From Camelus ferus (lineage: Eukaryota): a DNA stretch of 64,000 nt. The position numbers and the translations under genes were made by a program. Below are positions 1 through 12,896 of this stretch, one piece after another. The stretch is taken from positions 109,742,001 to 109,806,000 of the forward strand of contig NC_045697.1 of NCBI RefSeq assembly GCF_009834535.1, written 5' to 3'. The stretch's first letter is position 1, and the number at the start of each line of letters is the position of its first letter. Below the pieces are notes generated by a model. That model saw only the letters and a list, made by a program, of their open reading frames with translations, was not told the origin of the DNA and ran no database searches.

Positions 1-279
1 AAATTGCTCAGCCCTTTGTCCGTTAATCCTCATAAGCCCTTTGTGCTGGAGGCCGAGCCCCATCATCATCGCCCTTCATTTTCCGGTCCAGGAGGCACAT
101 GATGTGGGACTTGTTCAAGAACGCAGGTTGGGTGGAGAACCTGCCCGTTTGGGCCACAGGAGACTCGCAGGTGAAGTTAAGAGCAGTGGAGCTGAACTGG
201 GGAGACGGGGTGCGCTGGGGTAGGCTGAGGCCTGCAGGCTTTTAAAGACACCTTGATGCCCCAAGTGCAAGGAGGGGAA

Positions 280-560
280 AGGCTGACTGGTTTAAGACCT
301 CACGTGGGAGTCGTGCGGCGAGTGGAGCCTGCACATTCGGGGTACTTCTGGGTGGTAGTGCTTACAGGGCGACGGCTTTGAGGCTGGTACCGGCTGGGTT
401 CCTCGGTTATTTCAGGCCGGGTGTCTAGCCCAGAACCAGCCGGGCTGGAGTCCCGCGGAGCGGCGCGAGCAGCTGGAGCTCCTGCCCGGCCTGCGCCTGG
501 CACCCGCTTCCTCCCGCCCCTGGGCCGCCTTCTCTCCCACCATTCCAAGGGGCCCTTGCC
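280..560. promoter_or_regulatory. CpG island edge / GC-rich promoter-like region
   Basis: High GC and dense CpG (e.g. tcccgcggagcggcgcgagc, ctcccgcccc GC box) against a CpG-depleted background. The associated gene cannot be identified from this window. Confidence 0.6.
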
Positions 561-1029
561 TACTGCTTCGCTGGGAAATCTCCCATCGGTAGGCTTTCAA
601 GCTCCTTCATTCTCCTTTCTACTTCTGCAGAGCTAGTCCTTCCATGAATCCCTCTTCCTTTCCTTTTGTTTCCAAGAAAAAGATGTACTAGCCTTCCTTC
701 CCAGGCAATCTGGACACCCTTCCCCTTGACTGCTTTTCGACCCACCCTCTGGACGACCTCCCTCATCTCCCCAGCGCCCCCTTCCCTCTGGCATCTAAGT
801 CTCCCTGTTGACCGGCCCCACACCTGTGCACATTCACGGAGCTCCTTTACCCATTTCACTTGATCTGAGTGCCCCTGCCCGCAGTCCGAGCAGTTCCCTC
901 TGTCCCCCACCTACAAACTCAGTGAATCAGTGGACTCTACTTCTTGTGTCCACGTTTCCTGCCTCCCGCCTTCAACTCCCAGCCACTTTGCTGTTACCCC
1001 ACCTGCGACAGACGCTGCAGCCATCCTGG

Positions 1030-1835
1030 TATTTTTTGAGTCACCAATAATCTGTGATGGCTTATATCCAGGGACTTTTCTGTGATTAACTTGCGGTTTT
1101 TTTCCCCGCCACTTATGCCATGATACATTATCCCATGCTCTTGGAATCTCTTTTTCTCACTAAGTCCTGGGACACAGCCTTTCCTTGTCCCTTTCGGAGT
1201 TTCCCTGTCTCCTGACAGGCACCCTCAAGCATAGCCAAAGCTGCTGTCATCTTCTTTACATCCCTCAGAGAACTCGCGTATCGTCTTCTCTAATAACCCA
1301 CGATTACGTGGCTGCCCGAATCTCTAAGTCTACTCTGAAATTCTCTGTTGTGCTCCTAGTCCTAATTTCAAACTCATCACTGGACATTTCTGAATGGATG
1401 GTATGATGACTGCTAAAGCAAAATGTGTGTAAAATCGAATTCATAAACTGTGGTTCAAAAACCTGCTTCTCCCCACCAACCCCCTACGACTTCCCAGTTC
1501 TGTTAATTATGTCAGCAAGCACTAACTCTTCCAGCCATCTCGCTCCCTTTCTCTCCTTGTCTCTTACCATCCAGTTAAGTTCAGTCACTTCCTCCATCAC
1601 TGCGTGCCTGGACTCCATCCTTTGCCCTCCCACTGCCATGGCCCTTGTTCTGTGCCTCTGACCTTGGGCTCCCTCATCACCATCACCTCCTAACTGGCCT
1701 CGCTGGCCTCCCTCTCCCTCCAGGCTCTCCCCTGCAGATGATGTGGCACTTCCTCGAGATGAATGTCCCTGAATTTCCAGTTGCAGAGTTATAGTTATTG
1801 GGTCACATCACTTCTTGGCTCAAAAATGATCAGTG
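1030..1835 (+). mobile_element. Ancient L2 LINE fragment (resumes after the LTR at ~2422-2560)
   Basis: Pyrimidine-rich degenerate L2-like motifs (ctggacatttc..., atcacttc..gctcaaaa..cagtggttt|cttattgc) split by the LTR insertion. Confidence 0.5.
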
Positions 1836-1839
1836 GTTT

Positions 1840-2417
1840 TGAAGTGGAAGGAAAGGCGGCAGAGAACAATCACTGAAAGAATGACAAAGCAGCTGAGGAC
1901 AGGACAAGCTGCTTAGAACCAAGAAGGCAGAAGATTTGATTTCCAGTAGACCTTGAGCCTCATGGCACATCCAGAGGGACCATCACAGTTCCTAGGCTGA
2001 CCATAAAAAGTCAAAAAGTGGGTGGGGGGTGTTTCCTGGAAGTCCTTACCCTTTCCCCAAAGTAGTTGGAATAATCCTCTGCCCATTAGCATATGAAATT
2101 ACCGAGCCCATAAAACCTAACAACTCTGCACCTCCTGGTCGCTCTCCCTCTTGCCTTCTGAGATGGCCCGCACTCTGTCTATGGAGTGTGTATCTGCTTT
2201 TACTTTAAACTAAATACCCTTATGCCTCGCGGTCTCTCTCTCCCTCTCGCCTTTCTGAGATGGCCACATTCTGCCTATGGAGTGTGTATCTCCTAAGCCG
2301 CTCTCCCTTCTGAGTGAGACGGCTCGCACTCTGTCTGTGGAGTGTGTATCTTTAAATAAACTTGCTTTCACTTTACCATGCCTTGCTCTTGAATTCTTTC
2401 CCTATTCCCCCACAACA
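1840..2417 (+). mobile_element. ERV1-class solo LTR
   Basis: Has TG...CA ends, a 4-bp TSD GTTT (1836-1839/2418-2421) and AATAAA at ~2355. Clearly similar to the LTR at 17327-17989. Confidence 0.8.
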
Positions 2418-2571
2418 GTTTCTTATTGCTTCTGAAGTCCGTTCCAAACTTAACTGCCCTGGGTCCCTCTGCTTCAGGGCCCTGGCTCACGTGTCTAATC
2501 TACTGTCCCCTCTAATTTCCCACAAGACTCTGCCCCATTCAAATTTAAAATCCCTGAAATGTTCCTATTTG

Positions 2572-2746
2572 TTTTTTTAAAATTTATTTTTTAAATTTAT
2601 TTTTAATCTTTATTTATTTTTTTGAGGGGGAAGTAATTAGGTTTGTTGGTTTGTTTATTTACTTATTTACAATGAGGTACTAGGGATTGAACCCAGGACC
2701 TCGTGCATGCTAAGCACGCACTCTACCACTGAGCTATATCCCCCAC
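2572..2746 (-). mobile_element. tRNA-Ala-derived SINE (camelid Vic-1-like)
   Basis: Reverse complement reads tagctcagtggtagagtgcgtgcttagcatgcacgaggtcctgggttcaatccctagtacctc (A/B boxes), then an acctaattac segment and A-rich tail. Confidence 0.85.
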
Positions 2747-2994
2747 CGTGCACCTTGTTCCTTTTTGCATCCTTGCCTTGGTTTATAGCCTTTCCACCTC
2801 CTCTGGCACCCTTTCTCTGGCTTCCATCTCCAGTGCTTCAAAACTCCTCATTCTTCACGGCCCAGGGTATGGCCCCTCTACTTCAAGGGGTCAATACAGG
2901 AAGGAAGGAAGGAAGGGGTCCCTACAATGTGCCGCAGCTATTGAACTGACACACTCGACATTCAGGCTCCTCTGGGCTCCCTTCACTGTGGTCC

Positions 2995-3165
2995 TGCGTG
3001 CTTCTCAGCCTTGGCTGCACACAGAATCGCCCGGGAGCCTCTAAAAGCCCCTGTGGCCAGGCTGCAACCCAGACCAATTAAATCAAAATCTCTGTGGCTA
3101 TGACCCATCATTAGAATTTTTTTTAAAGCTCACCAAGTGATTCCTATATGCAGCCGAGAATTTGT
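2995..3165. mobile_element. MER5A/MER5A1-like hAT-Charlie MITE
   Basis: The tract tctcagccttggctgcac..agaatc..ccagaccaattaaatcaaaatctctg..aagctc.ccaagtgattc..atgcagcc resembles the recalled MER5A1 consensus. Confidence 0.6.
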
Positions 3166-3572
3166 GTCTGCTAATAATGTGACCTCCTCTGTAGATGATT
3201 TTAGTGGCACTGCATTTTTTTTTTTTCTTTTTTTTGGTGAAACTATTGGTCCTTGAGGGGTTCTTTGTTTTTGTAGCCTCCGTGATGTCTAGCACTGCTT
3301 CCTACCCTCAGGGGTCCTCCAGAGAAAGAAAACGTTTTGAATGAATTTAAAAAGGGAAAACAAATACAAAGAGTCATTTTTTTAGGGAGGAATGCAAATC
3401 GGTTCAGTGGCTCTCCCACACAGGAATTGGTGAATTGAGCCTCTTGTATGTAAAATAGCTTGTTTTAAGAATTTTGTATAAATCCATTTGTATCCAACCA
3501 GCTAATATGCCAATTAAGTGCTTATTACTGTTTGTCTAGTGAGGTTATACCTTACCCATATTGTAATAGCAA

Positions 3573-3660
3573 ATTTTTTTTTAACGGAGGTACTGGGGAT
3601 TGAACCTAGTACCTCATGTGTGCTAAGTATGTGTTCTACCACTGAGCTAGACCTTCCCCC
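3573..3660 (-). mobile_element. tRNA-Ala-derived SINE (short form)
   Basis: ggaggtactggggattgaacctagtacctcatgtgtgctaag...accactgagcta preceded by a T-run. Confidence 0.8.
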
Positions 3661-4159
3661 TATAGTAACAATTAATGAAATACTATACACACTTCAAAAA
3701 TCTTAGAGGAGTACTTGTCTTACCTTGTGGATTGTGATCAAGATTAAACGAGTAGAGCTTCCAGGGGGAAACGCTTTAAAAAGCATAGTTAAAATATTAT
3801 TTCTAAAGAGGCTGCATTTTTTAAAAGAACTGAGGCAGTGAGAGCTCATGTTTGATGCAGTCTTCCTTTAGTGAACACCACAGACTGAATCAAGTCTAAG
3901 GGAAAGCTGGGGCCATCTTGGGCATATCTGCTTAGTTCCACGCCCTGTATTTCCAGTAATGACATGTGAATGCTGCAGGGCTTACGTTAGTCTGTGGGGA
4001 TGGGAATTAAATATATTTGTGTCTAAATGGTTGCTATACTCAGGGTGAGGTGGTCTCTTACAGATAAAAACAGAAAGCAAAGAAGGAAAGCTGCTGAGTG
4101 AGTTCTTTTCTTTAGTTTATAAAAGCACACGGTGTGTCATGGAGTGTGATTTAATGGCC

Positions 4160-4400
4160 TGGATCCTGGAACCAGACAGATTTGTGTTCAAGCTCTGGCT
4201 TACTTTCCCAGCTGGCCTGACTTTGGACAAAGTGCTGAGCCACTCTGACCTTTGGGGCCCTCAATTGTGGAACAGGGACAACACTTAGATCTCGACGTTG
4301 CAGGGGAGGACTGTTACACGATGTAGGTAAGGCGACTGACCCTTCACAGGACCCCGTGAGCGTTCCCTGTTTCCTTAAAGTGCCATGGACATTAGGGATT
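4160..4400 (+). mobile_element. MIR SINE
   Basis: MIR core-like: gttcaagctctggc..ac..cagct..gactttggacaa..g..ac..ctctg..cctcaattgt. Confidence 0.5.
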
Positions 4401-4769
4401 TCTTTCTTTTTTCCCCCCATTCATCTTCTTCATAGGGTTTTCCAGGTAATGTGCATTTTATTGGTAAATTTGTAGACAGAAATATGCAGTTTCATTTTGG
4501 ATCTGAGAGGTTTTCATTCTTTGAAACCTAAAATGATTTCCTTCTTTTTCTTCTGTAAATTTGTTGAATATTTGAATTCCTTTGCAGTGTCTTTGCTGTA
4601 AATTGTACTCACCACATATAATTTAAGTCAAGCAGAAGAGATGTAATGGTATAACATCATTACCCTCAGATGGAGCATTGACGGTAGTATACTAACTTTA
4701 CTTCCAAGGAACTTACATTTCTCTTTGAAAAAAAATTCTTTTTTTTTTTTAACAATCGTCCAGTATTTT

Positions 4770-4892
4770 TAATTTTTAAAATTTTTATTTTTTATTGAAG
4801 TGCAGTCGATTACAATGTGTCAATTTCTGGTGTATAACACAATGTCCCAGTCTTGCATATACATACCTACATTCATTTTCGTATTTTTTCCT
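4770..4892 (-). mobile_element. L1 3' end fragment
   Basis: T-rich tail then ttattgaagtgcagtcgattacaatgtgtcaatttctggtgta, the same L1 3' terminus seen elsewhere in the window. Confidence 0.8.
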
Positions 4893-6664
4893 TTTGAAAA
4901 AATTTTGAAACTGAGTCCCACTTGCAGAAGTTTCTGGAAACTCAGATTGAGGTGTCTCTATACTTCTGTAAGGAACAAGCCTTTGGTGGGCTTCTATCTA
5001 ATTTATTGCTTTGTACGTCCCTGGCTTGAACTAGTCACAGTAGTCGCTTATAAATCACAAACAAGAGTTCACCCTCACTTCATTTCCAAGTCCTACACGC
5101 CAGTCAAATCTTATCAAAGAAATCTGGAAAAAGTCTGACGTTCTGTTAGAACAACTGGCAAATAGATTTTTTCCTGCCTCCTTTCCACACCCCTTTCCTT
5201 ATCCACTGCAGTGCAACTTGTATAGTGCTTTTTCCAGTCTTCTTTTTTTTTTCTTACCTATATACTGTCTATGCAACCTGAAATTAGTTTTTCAGGCATG
5301 AAATTGGGCACTTTGCTATCCTACACAGAAACACTGCAAGTCCAGCTGCAACAGAGACAAAGTGCACGCCAGATTGATGTCAAGATCTACTTACGTGGAA
5401 GTAAAATTAAATTTATGGATTGGAGATGGAAGCCTGCTTTTTCTCTGCCTCCCCGCTAAAAGCCAACTAAAATTTAGGAAGATGGAAACTGCCTGAGCCA
5501 GTCTGAGTGGACCCAACCCATTTCATTTTTTAAGGCTAATTGTAGTTCATTACTTAATGGATGAAGGCAGAGACCAGTTCACGTGGGATTAAGATTGACC
5601 CCAAGAACCTCTAACCCGAGGCCATCACTGTACCCACATTTTTCAATACCTTGTCCAGATAGCCTAGGTATTTCAAAAAATATTTTTTCAAGAAAGAGGT
5701 AAAATGCATTTTCTACCCACCCCAATTTTAATTCTCTGAATTTCACTCACTACTCAGCATTTTCCATTCCTGGAAAACTCATTAGATTTTTATTATTTTT
5801 TTTTTTCTAGCTTCCTCCATTCCAGAGCTATGCTTCCCCAGCAGACCACCTCATCTTTGAGTTTCGAGTCCGTGGAATTTCACTTCCCAGTTCCAAAGCT
5901 AAGGAGCCAATATGCATTCCTTCCTTGTTTCAAAGTCCTTCTATTTTGAATACCCCAACTTGCCTACATTTATCAAGGGGAAAAAGGAATGCATTATTTT
6001 GGCCTGAAAAACTTCTTGCTGAGTCCCTATTCCATTAAAATAACACCATCGTATTGGGAAGAAATTGCCAATCCCAATTCAAAGGCCTGAACGAACCAGA
6101 TAGTTTCAGAAAGAATCGTTCTGTGATGGTTTCCATTCATACAGTGACTAAAGCAATTCAGGCTTAACTACACACCCTGATGATAAGTTGGTATTACAAA
6201 AAGTAGAGCCAACAATCGGGCTGAACTGAATTTCCCCATCCTTACCTACTTCAGATAAAATGGTCAGTGTGGAGGATGAGCCTTTAGTCCAGATTCTTCA
6301 ACTGGTAACTGAGATGTGGTTTTTATCTGAGTACCCAGGAAGCTCAAAGTTTGCTCCTTAATTCCTAAAGGTTTGACCACAATTCTTACACATATTGTGT
6401 GGTTGAATTCTGTGCCATAGTCACAGCACTTTGGAATTAGGAGCAACCTTAGAGGTACTGAGTCAAATACCTCTCTTCACGTTCTACTAGTGAGGAAATG
6501 GAGTTTCCATGATTTCTCAGAGAAGGATGAATCTGAGATGTCTTTTAGTTTGACTTCTCTTCCAAGGAAAGAATTTTTATCTTAGTATTTTTAAAATTAG
6601 ATCATCTATTCTACTCCCCCACTATGTTCTTGACACTCTCACTTGCCTTTGAACAGAATAGGTG

Positions 6665-6935
6665 AACCCAATGAATTCAATAGATTCACAAAATACAGAA
6701 TTAATATGCAGAAATCTGTTGCATTTCTATTCACTATCAGACGCAGAAATTAAGGAAACAATCCCATTTACCATTACACTGACAAGAATAAAATACCTAG
6801 GAATAAACCTAAGGGCCAAAGACCTGTACTCAGAAAATTATAGGACATTGACGAAAGAATGGAAGATGACACAAACAGATGGAAAGATATACCATTTGTT
6901 CTTGTATTGGAAGAATTAATATTGTTGAATATTTT
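6665..6935 (+). mobile_element. L1 ORF2 fragment (RT-downstream region)
   Basis: Translation EIKETIPFTI..RIKYLGINL..KDLYSENYRTL and DDTNRWKDIP are L1 ORF2 motifs. Frameshifted. Confidence 0.85.
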
Positions 6936-6944
6936 CCATTATTG

Positions 6945-6945
<1 letters not shown>

Positions 6946-6976
<31 letters not shown>
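6946..6976. repeat. (TAT)n microsatellite
   Basis: About 10 tandem TAT units. Confidence 0.9.
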
Positions 6977-8450
6977 TACCATTTGGGTCCTTAGCTAGTG
7001 CTAAGCAGCACAGATGTGGCATGGAGAAGGTGGAAAGTTGGATGTGCACAGATCCAGGTTTTTCCAGGGAGATGTGATGGAAGACCAGTTGGGCAAATAG
7101 GTTGATGATACTGGTGAGAGAGTGATCAGATGACAGAATCGAGGCTGGCTGTGTGTAGCGACAGTCAGATGGGGCTGATAGGAGTGCGGGGAAGAACTCA
7201 GCGAGAGAACTAGGGCAGAAGTTAGAGTTTAATATTTCAGAAATGGCATGATCACAAATAAAGATAGTTATTCTACATTAGTATGTCTGCCTACTCAAGA
7301 TTTGATAATCTGTAAAATCTCTCATCACCTCTTCAACCCCAAGGAGTAGGCAGATCAAGAAACTGAGAGACTCGGCTATGAGTTTTTGCAGAGAACAGGT
7401 ACGAAAGTGTTAAATGAATGAGAGGAATGACTGGGAAAGTATGGCAGGTAAAGGTGGCAACATTGGAGCAGTGTGCGGTTTTCCCAGAAAACTGGGGGAG
7501 AAATGATCTGGAAGGTGTAATGGGGAATAAGAAATAAGACTCATGCTGTCTCCCAGCCTTGTCCTTAAAGGTGCTGGAAGAATGTCAGCCTCTACCAGAG
7601 GGAGGGGGGCAGAGGAAGCCATGTCCTCAAGGACAGCCAGGCTTCTCTCAAGATGAGGAGGTTGAGGGGCCACTCAGGTGGTTGAGGATGGAGGGCACTT
7701 GTGGTCCCAGGAGGAGAGATGAGAAGATGGTATCGTGGGGAGCTGGTTGGTGAAGCAGCAGGAGCAGGAAGTACTGGGGAAGGGAAAAGGCCGGGCGCAT
7801 CTCCCAGTGGATTTCACTTTCTTCTTTGGGACTTTCTGTGTGAAGTTAATGGTGATTCCATGAGGTCAAAGAGCCATGCTGTGGCATTGTGTATTGTCAC
7901 TTTGTGGTTGACAGTAACAATATTTTTTTTAGAAGGTAAGAAGTACGTGGCCTTGATTACTAGATTATTAAAGTCATATTTTGATCTGAATTTTCTTTAT
8001 TTTTAAAACATTACTGCTCTGCCTTTTCAACTTAATAATCACTGGAATTTTAGCTAAAACCTACCAGAAGGGAGAAATGAGTGTCCCTGTCCCGGTGACT
8101 TGACCTAGAAATGCTCATGATGGTTGCGTGCTGCATCAGTTAGCATCTCAGAGATTTCCATCATTCACAAAAAACAATTTCCTAAGTTTTAGCAGTTACC
8201 AAAGACGCTTTTCTATCAGATGAGAATTGGAAAAAAAGATAAGGTTAACTTAGCCGAGGGTTGTGAGTTGGGCATCTATCAGTCTAGGTCCCTGGGTCCT
8301 TCCGCCCCACCACAAGCCCCTTCCCACCTGCAGACAGGAGGGAAAAATAAACCTTTAGCATGTTTGACTTCTGAAGTCTCAAGAGTCAATCTGTTAACGT
8401 CTGTCTTGACTCATACACCGTTAAACTGCACTCTTCTTGAAGGCAGGAGC

Positions 8451-8493
8451 TGTGTGTGTGTGTGTGTGCACGCGTGCATGCACATGTACGTGC
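8451..8493. repeat. (TG)n plus alternating purine-pyrimidine tract
   Basis: tgtgtgtgtgtgtgtgtgcacgcgtgcatgcacatgtacgtgc. Confidence 0.85.
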
Positions 8494-9698
8494 TTTAAAA
8501 ATCTTTACAACCTGCACCCTTCACACAGTGCTTGGCATGTGGTCCATGCTTAGCACATGCTTAGTGAAGGACTGAATTCGCAGAAAAAAGTATCTGAATG
8601 AATTCGTCTTGGCCCAGTGAGGCATTCCCACTGAACACAACAGGAGCTGTCTCATCCACTTCTGGGGTGTTGGTTGTCCTCTGAGTCCCTGGTGCCCTCT
8701 GGTCCACAACCCGCTCCTTAGGCAAGTCACCATCTTTGAGGGTCCGCTGCTGACTGGCCCACTTGGTGTCCTGGGAAAGAGAAGGGTAGGAACCCCTTGA
8801 AAAAGCTCCACAGCTTTGACTTGACATTTTCCTCTGCCTGAAAGGATTGGGAACAGATAATCTGAATTTTGACAGCTGGCCTCTCATCGTGTGCCGGCCA
8901 CACGCTGTGGTAAGTGCTTCCCCTGAATGACTGGTTAGTTCTCACAACAGTCTGTCAGAGGACTACTACCACGAAGCCCATTTTACAGGGAAGGAAGTTG
9001 AGGCACCATGGACTTGACTGCTTCAGTTCCCACAGCAGGTGGGCGGAGCTGGAACCCTGGTCCCGGCTATCCCAGGTCAGGGTGGGTGCTCCTGCTCGCA
9101 TGCTGTTCTCCCACCCCATGTCGCTGTCACGTCCCTACCTATAGCCCTTTCCAGAACTTCCCGGCTGCAGGACTCTGCCTCTGGGCTCCATGCCTTCAGC
9201 AACCTGGCCCCCGCTGGCCACGGGTCCCAGTCCCATATCCCCGGGCTCCTTTGCTGGAGCGGTTCTTCCGTCCAGTTTTTTCTGGATGCTGCGCTAACTG
9301 TCCTGTGGGCTGCTCTGTCCTCAGGGTTCTTCGGGCTGGACCCTCCCCCTCCCTGGTCCTCTGTGAGACCTCTCCCTCCCCTGGCTGGTTTGTCCCAGAG
9401 GTCTCAACTGTTTCCAGGTGTTAGCCATCCAGGGGGACGGTCCTCTGAGGCAGGTTTGCCGACTTCCTTCTCACCTGTCTGCGCCGAATCTCTTGGTCCA
9501 CCTTGTTCATTTGATGCGCAGCATGAGAGCAAACTGCTTGGCTTGTCTGTGAGGGGATACTGTCCTCGTAGGCTAGACGGCCTCACAGGTGTGCTCGGGG
9601 TAAGACTTGTACACCTTTCTGACGGATACACCTGTGCCAGGCGCTGAGGACACTTTGTGCTGCCTCAGACCCCAGAGAAACCCTAGGCAGGCGGTCCT

Positions 9699-9867
9699 CC
9701 AGCTGTAATTTTCTGAACCCTGTTCATCAATTTTTAAAATAAATTTTAAATTTATTTAAATTGTGTAATTTTATAATTTATAATATTATAATTTATAATT
9801 TATAAAAATTAAACTTGTTTAATTCTTTTTAAGAATTGTTGAAGAGGGTTCAGAAAATAACAGTTGG
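9699..9867. repeat. AT-rich imperfect palindrome (inverted repeat)
   Basis: Left arm cagctgtaattttctgaaccctgttcatcaattttt matches the reverse complement of the right arm (caactgttattttctgaaccctcttcaacaattctt) at 31/36. Centre is ttataat|attataa at 9778-9791. Confidence 0.9.
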
Positions 9868-11209
9868 CATTTTTTTATGCTGAGACATAGCTTGCATACA
9901 GTGAATACACACATCTTCAGGCACAGTTTTCAGTAAGAACCTGATATAGGAAGCTGAGTTTCAAGAAGTGAATTCTCTTCAAATTTCCATGAGTCCATGT
10001 ACCCCAGGGTAAGTCCTCATGTGCCTCCAGAGTTCCCACCAGGCGGGGTCTTGCAAGGAAGGCTCTCCCCTCCTCCAGACTTTATATGACCTTTATTGTA
10101 TGGTTTTTCTGTTTTTTTTTTTTTTTAAATTATGTGTGCTTATGGTAGAGAATGTGAAGTTGTCCAAGACTAAGTGGGTTCTTTCTGAAATTTTTGATTG
10201 AGGGCTCTGTCTGTAAATCTCTGCTCCTTGTTGAAATCGGTAGATGAACAGACTGAATTCAGAGTCAGGTCACTAGACTGTGGGTTCGGGGTGGCGACCA
10301 GGGGCTTTGGTTGGGCTGAATGATCCATTGTACGCTGCTAGGGAGAAGGTCCAAACTGCAGCTGGGAGCTAAGAGCAGGGAGCCCCAGGAGGCAGACAGG
10401 CCCCCCAAAGAGCGTGATTGTGGTGCCCCAGAAGGCTCTCATCCTGTGCAGTGCCGACCCCAGTACCAACATGTGGGTGGAAGAGGTAAACAGCTCTGAG
10501 ATCTGGCATTCCAGAGAGCCACACACGTATCAGCCTAGATGCAAAGTGCTCACAGTACATCTGTGATTACATCTGACTTCATTAGTTGCAAAGGATAATT
10601 GCATCCAGAAAATTCCCCATGCAAATGTACGCCACCGAGACAGTGTGCATGGCGCTCTGAGAAAACCATGTGGTAGAGAGGTTTCAAGGATGCGGAGTGG
10701 CTTCCTAGCACTCATCGCTGATTCAGCGCTAGGCGGGCTGGATGGAAACAAGGCATGGGAGCTGCCAGAAGTCAGGATGTCAGACTCCTCCCTGGATTCT
10801 CAAATCTTTTCATCTCTCAGCTCTCTGCCCCAAGTGTCTTGAGGGAGGAGAAGGCTTTTGGAAGACACCAGGCCAACAGTTACATTCTGCGGACTAGATG
10901 CTCAGGCAGGGCGGCTGATTTTGGTAGAGCTGAGGTTGAAGCCAACCCTGGTGTCCCCCCATTGGCACAGTGATCATGGTAATCAGCCCCGCCCTTTCCG
11001 GACAGCCTGCTGAACCCAGTGGGGGGCACTGAATGCTGTGCCCTTCCGCATCTGAGCAAGTTGAGGCCAGATTACCTAATGATTAATGTAATTGTTTCCA
11101 GCACTGACATTTAGGAGCTGAGAGATATTGGAGATCAAGTTCTGTATCATCGAATATTATAATTTTCCTGTATTTTAATTCTTGGTTCATTTAATCATTC
11201 ATCCATTTG

Positions 11210-11408
11210 TTTCTTTTTTATTTTTATTTTTGTTTTTATTTTTATTGAAGTATAGTTGGTTATAATGTGTCAATTTCCTGTGTATAGCATAACGTCCCAG
11301 TCATACATATCCATACATACATTCTTTTTCATATTCTTTTTCATTAAAGGTTGGCACAAGATATTGAATATAGTTCCCTGTGCTATACAGAAGAAACTCG
11401 TTTTTTAC
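11210..11408 (-). mobile_element. L1 3' end fragment inserted in an L2 3' end
   Basis: L1 terminus (ttattgaagtatagttggtt...gttccctgtgctatacag) with catttgt repeated on both sides. The flanks are L2-like (ttcatttaatcattc / caaatacttattg). Confidence 0.8.
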
Positions 11409-12896
11409 ATTTGTGTCAAATACTTATTGTATGTCCATCACTGTACACAGAGGGGTGAATGAGGTCCAGTCTTTGCCCGTGGGGAAGACAGATGCATAAG
11501 CAAGAGGTGTGATATGATGTTTGGAATGAGATGACAGAGACAAGAACAAGATGACAGGAGAGCCCCGGCTCAACAGAGGGTGTTCAACCCAGCTGAGGGC
11601 CCTGGTGAGGTTCTGAGTTGGGGGTGAGGCCTGAACGACCCTTGGAAGATGAGGGAGGTTAAGAAAAGACCCACAGGGATGGTGGGATCAGGATCCAGAC
11701 TGAAACAAGTCCACCAGATTTGGTGACTGGGGGCCCCTGAGTGACATCAGCCAGGTGCACGACTATCAATGCTCCAAAAGCAAAAGGAGAGGGGATGAGC
11801 CGGGGGGATGAAAGGGGGGCATTCAGGTAAAGCAGGGGGGCTGATGAGAGGCAAGGGTCCAGGTGAACCAGTAGGACTTCCAAAATGGTGGACATCACTC
11901 CAATGAAGCCGTTTGGATAGGCCTTGTCTGTAGAGGGAAACTTTCTTTTTTGGCGTCCAAAGGGACAGAGGACACCCCCCTCCCAACCTGGAAACCCTTT
12001 GGGTGGGATGTAAGGCAGAACACAGTCTAGTGTGAGTGGCAGGAGGTGGGTGGAGGGCCTTGGCCGTCTGGAGAGTCTGTGTCCTCAGAAGGCAGCAGCT
12101 GCCTCAGGGCTCCCGCCATACTTGTCATGGAAGACTGGAGGTCCAGCGTGGCTAGGTAAAGGGAAGCCAGAATTCTGGATTTTCGTGTGAAATCTTCCAG
12201 TTTTCAAAGGTTGGCAAATATTAAACAAAAACAGCATATGAGTCAAACAAGGTATGTCTGCTGGCAGAACCTGGCCTCTGGGCACCAGTCTGTAAGTTCT
12301 GATTTGGGGCTTAAGTTTATCCTCACATCTTCCCATGTCAGATCTTCCCTTCCTGGTATAACTCTGGAGAAAAACATTAATATGGAAAATAACATGCATA
12401 GTTGGAGAAAGGAAGCACAATAATGCGTTTAATCCTTCTAAGCCTGGTTCTATGCTGTGACCTCTCCAGGACTTTAATTTTAGTAAGTGGATTCCCTTCT
12501 GTCCACGCCGATTAACTGAATTTTCTTCGTTCATTTTCAAGTTCTCTGGAAAGTGGGATTGCTTCAGGAACCAGAAAAGACTTAATTACTTAGCTTATGA
12601 CTAAAAATAAAATGGAAAATAGTGTACTTTGTTTTTTTCTAAATCTGGCCCTTATTCTACAGGGCAAGTCTGAAAAAAATTATAAATACAGACAAGCAAG
12701 ATATTTGCATGTGCCCAAAGAAACAGAGACCTGTTATAATTTATGCTCTGCTTGGCTTTGACGAGTGATCAATCAGTTGTAGCAGGAAAATGATGATAGA
12801 TGAAAACCAGAGAAGTCATATGGAAACCTTATATCAGGTAAACAAAGATGCTTCAATTCAGAAATTTGATGAATTAAGCTATTAAACGCACTAGAA

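Noticed and set aside
9039..9647. 202-aa ORF
   Set aside because: Non-ATG start, begins in MIR-like sequence, no recognisable domain; consistent with a chance ORF in GC-rich DNA.
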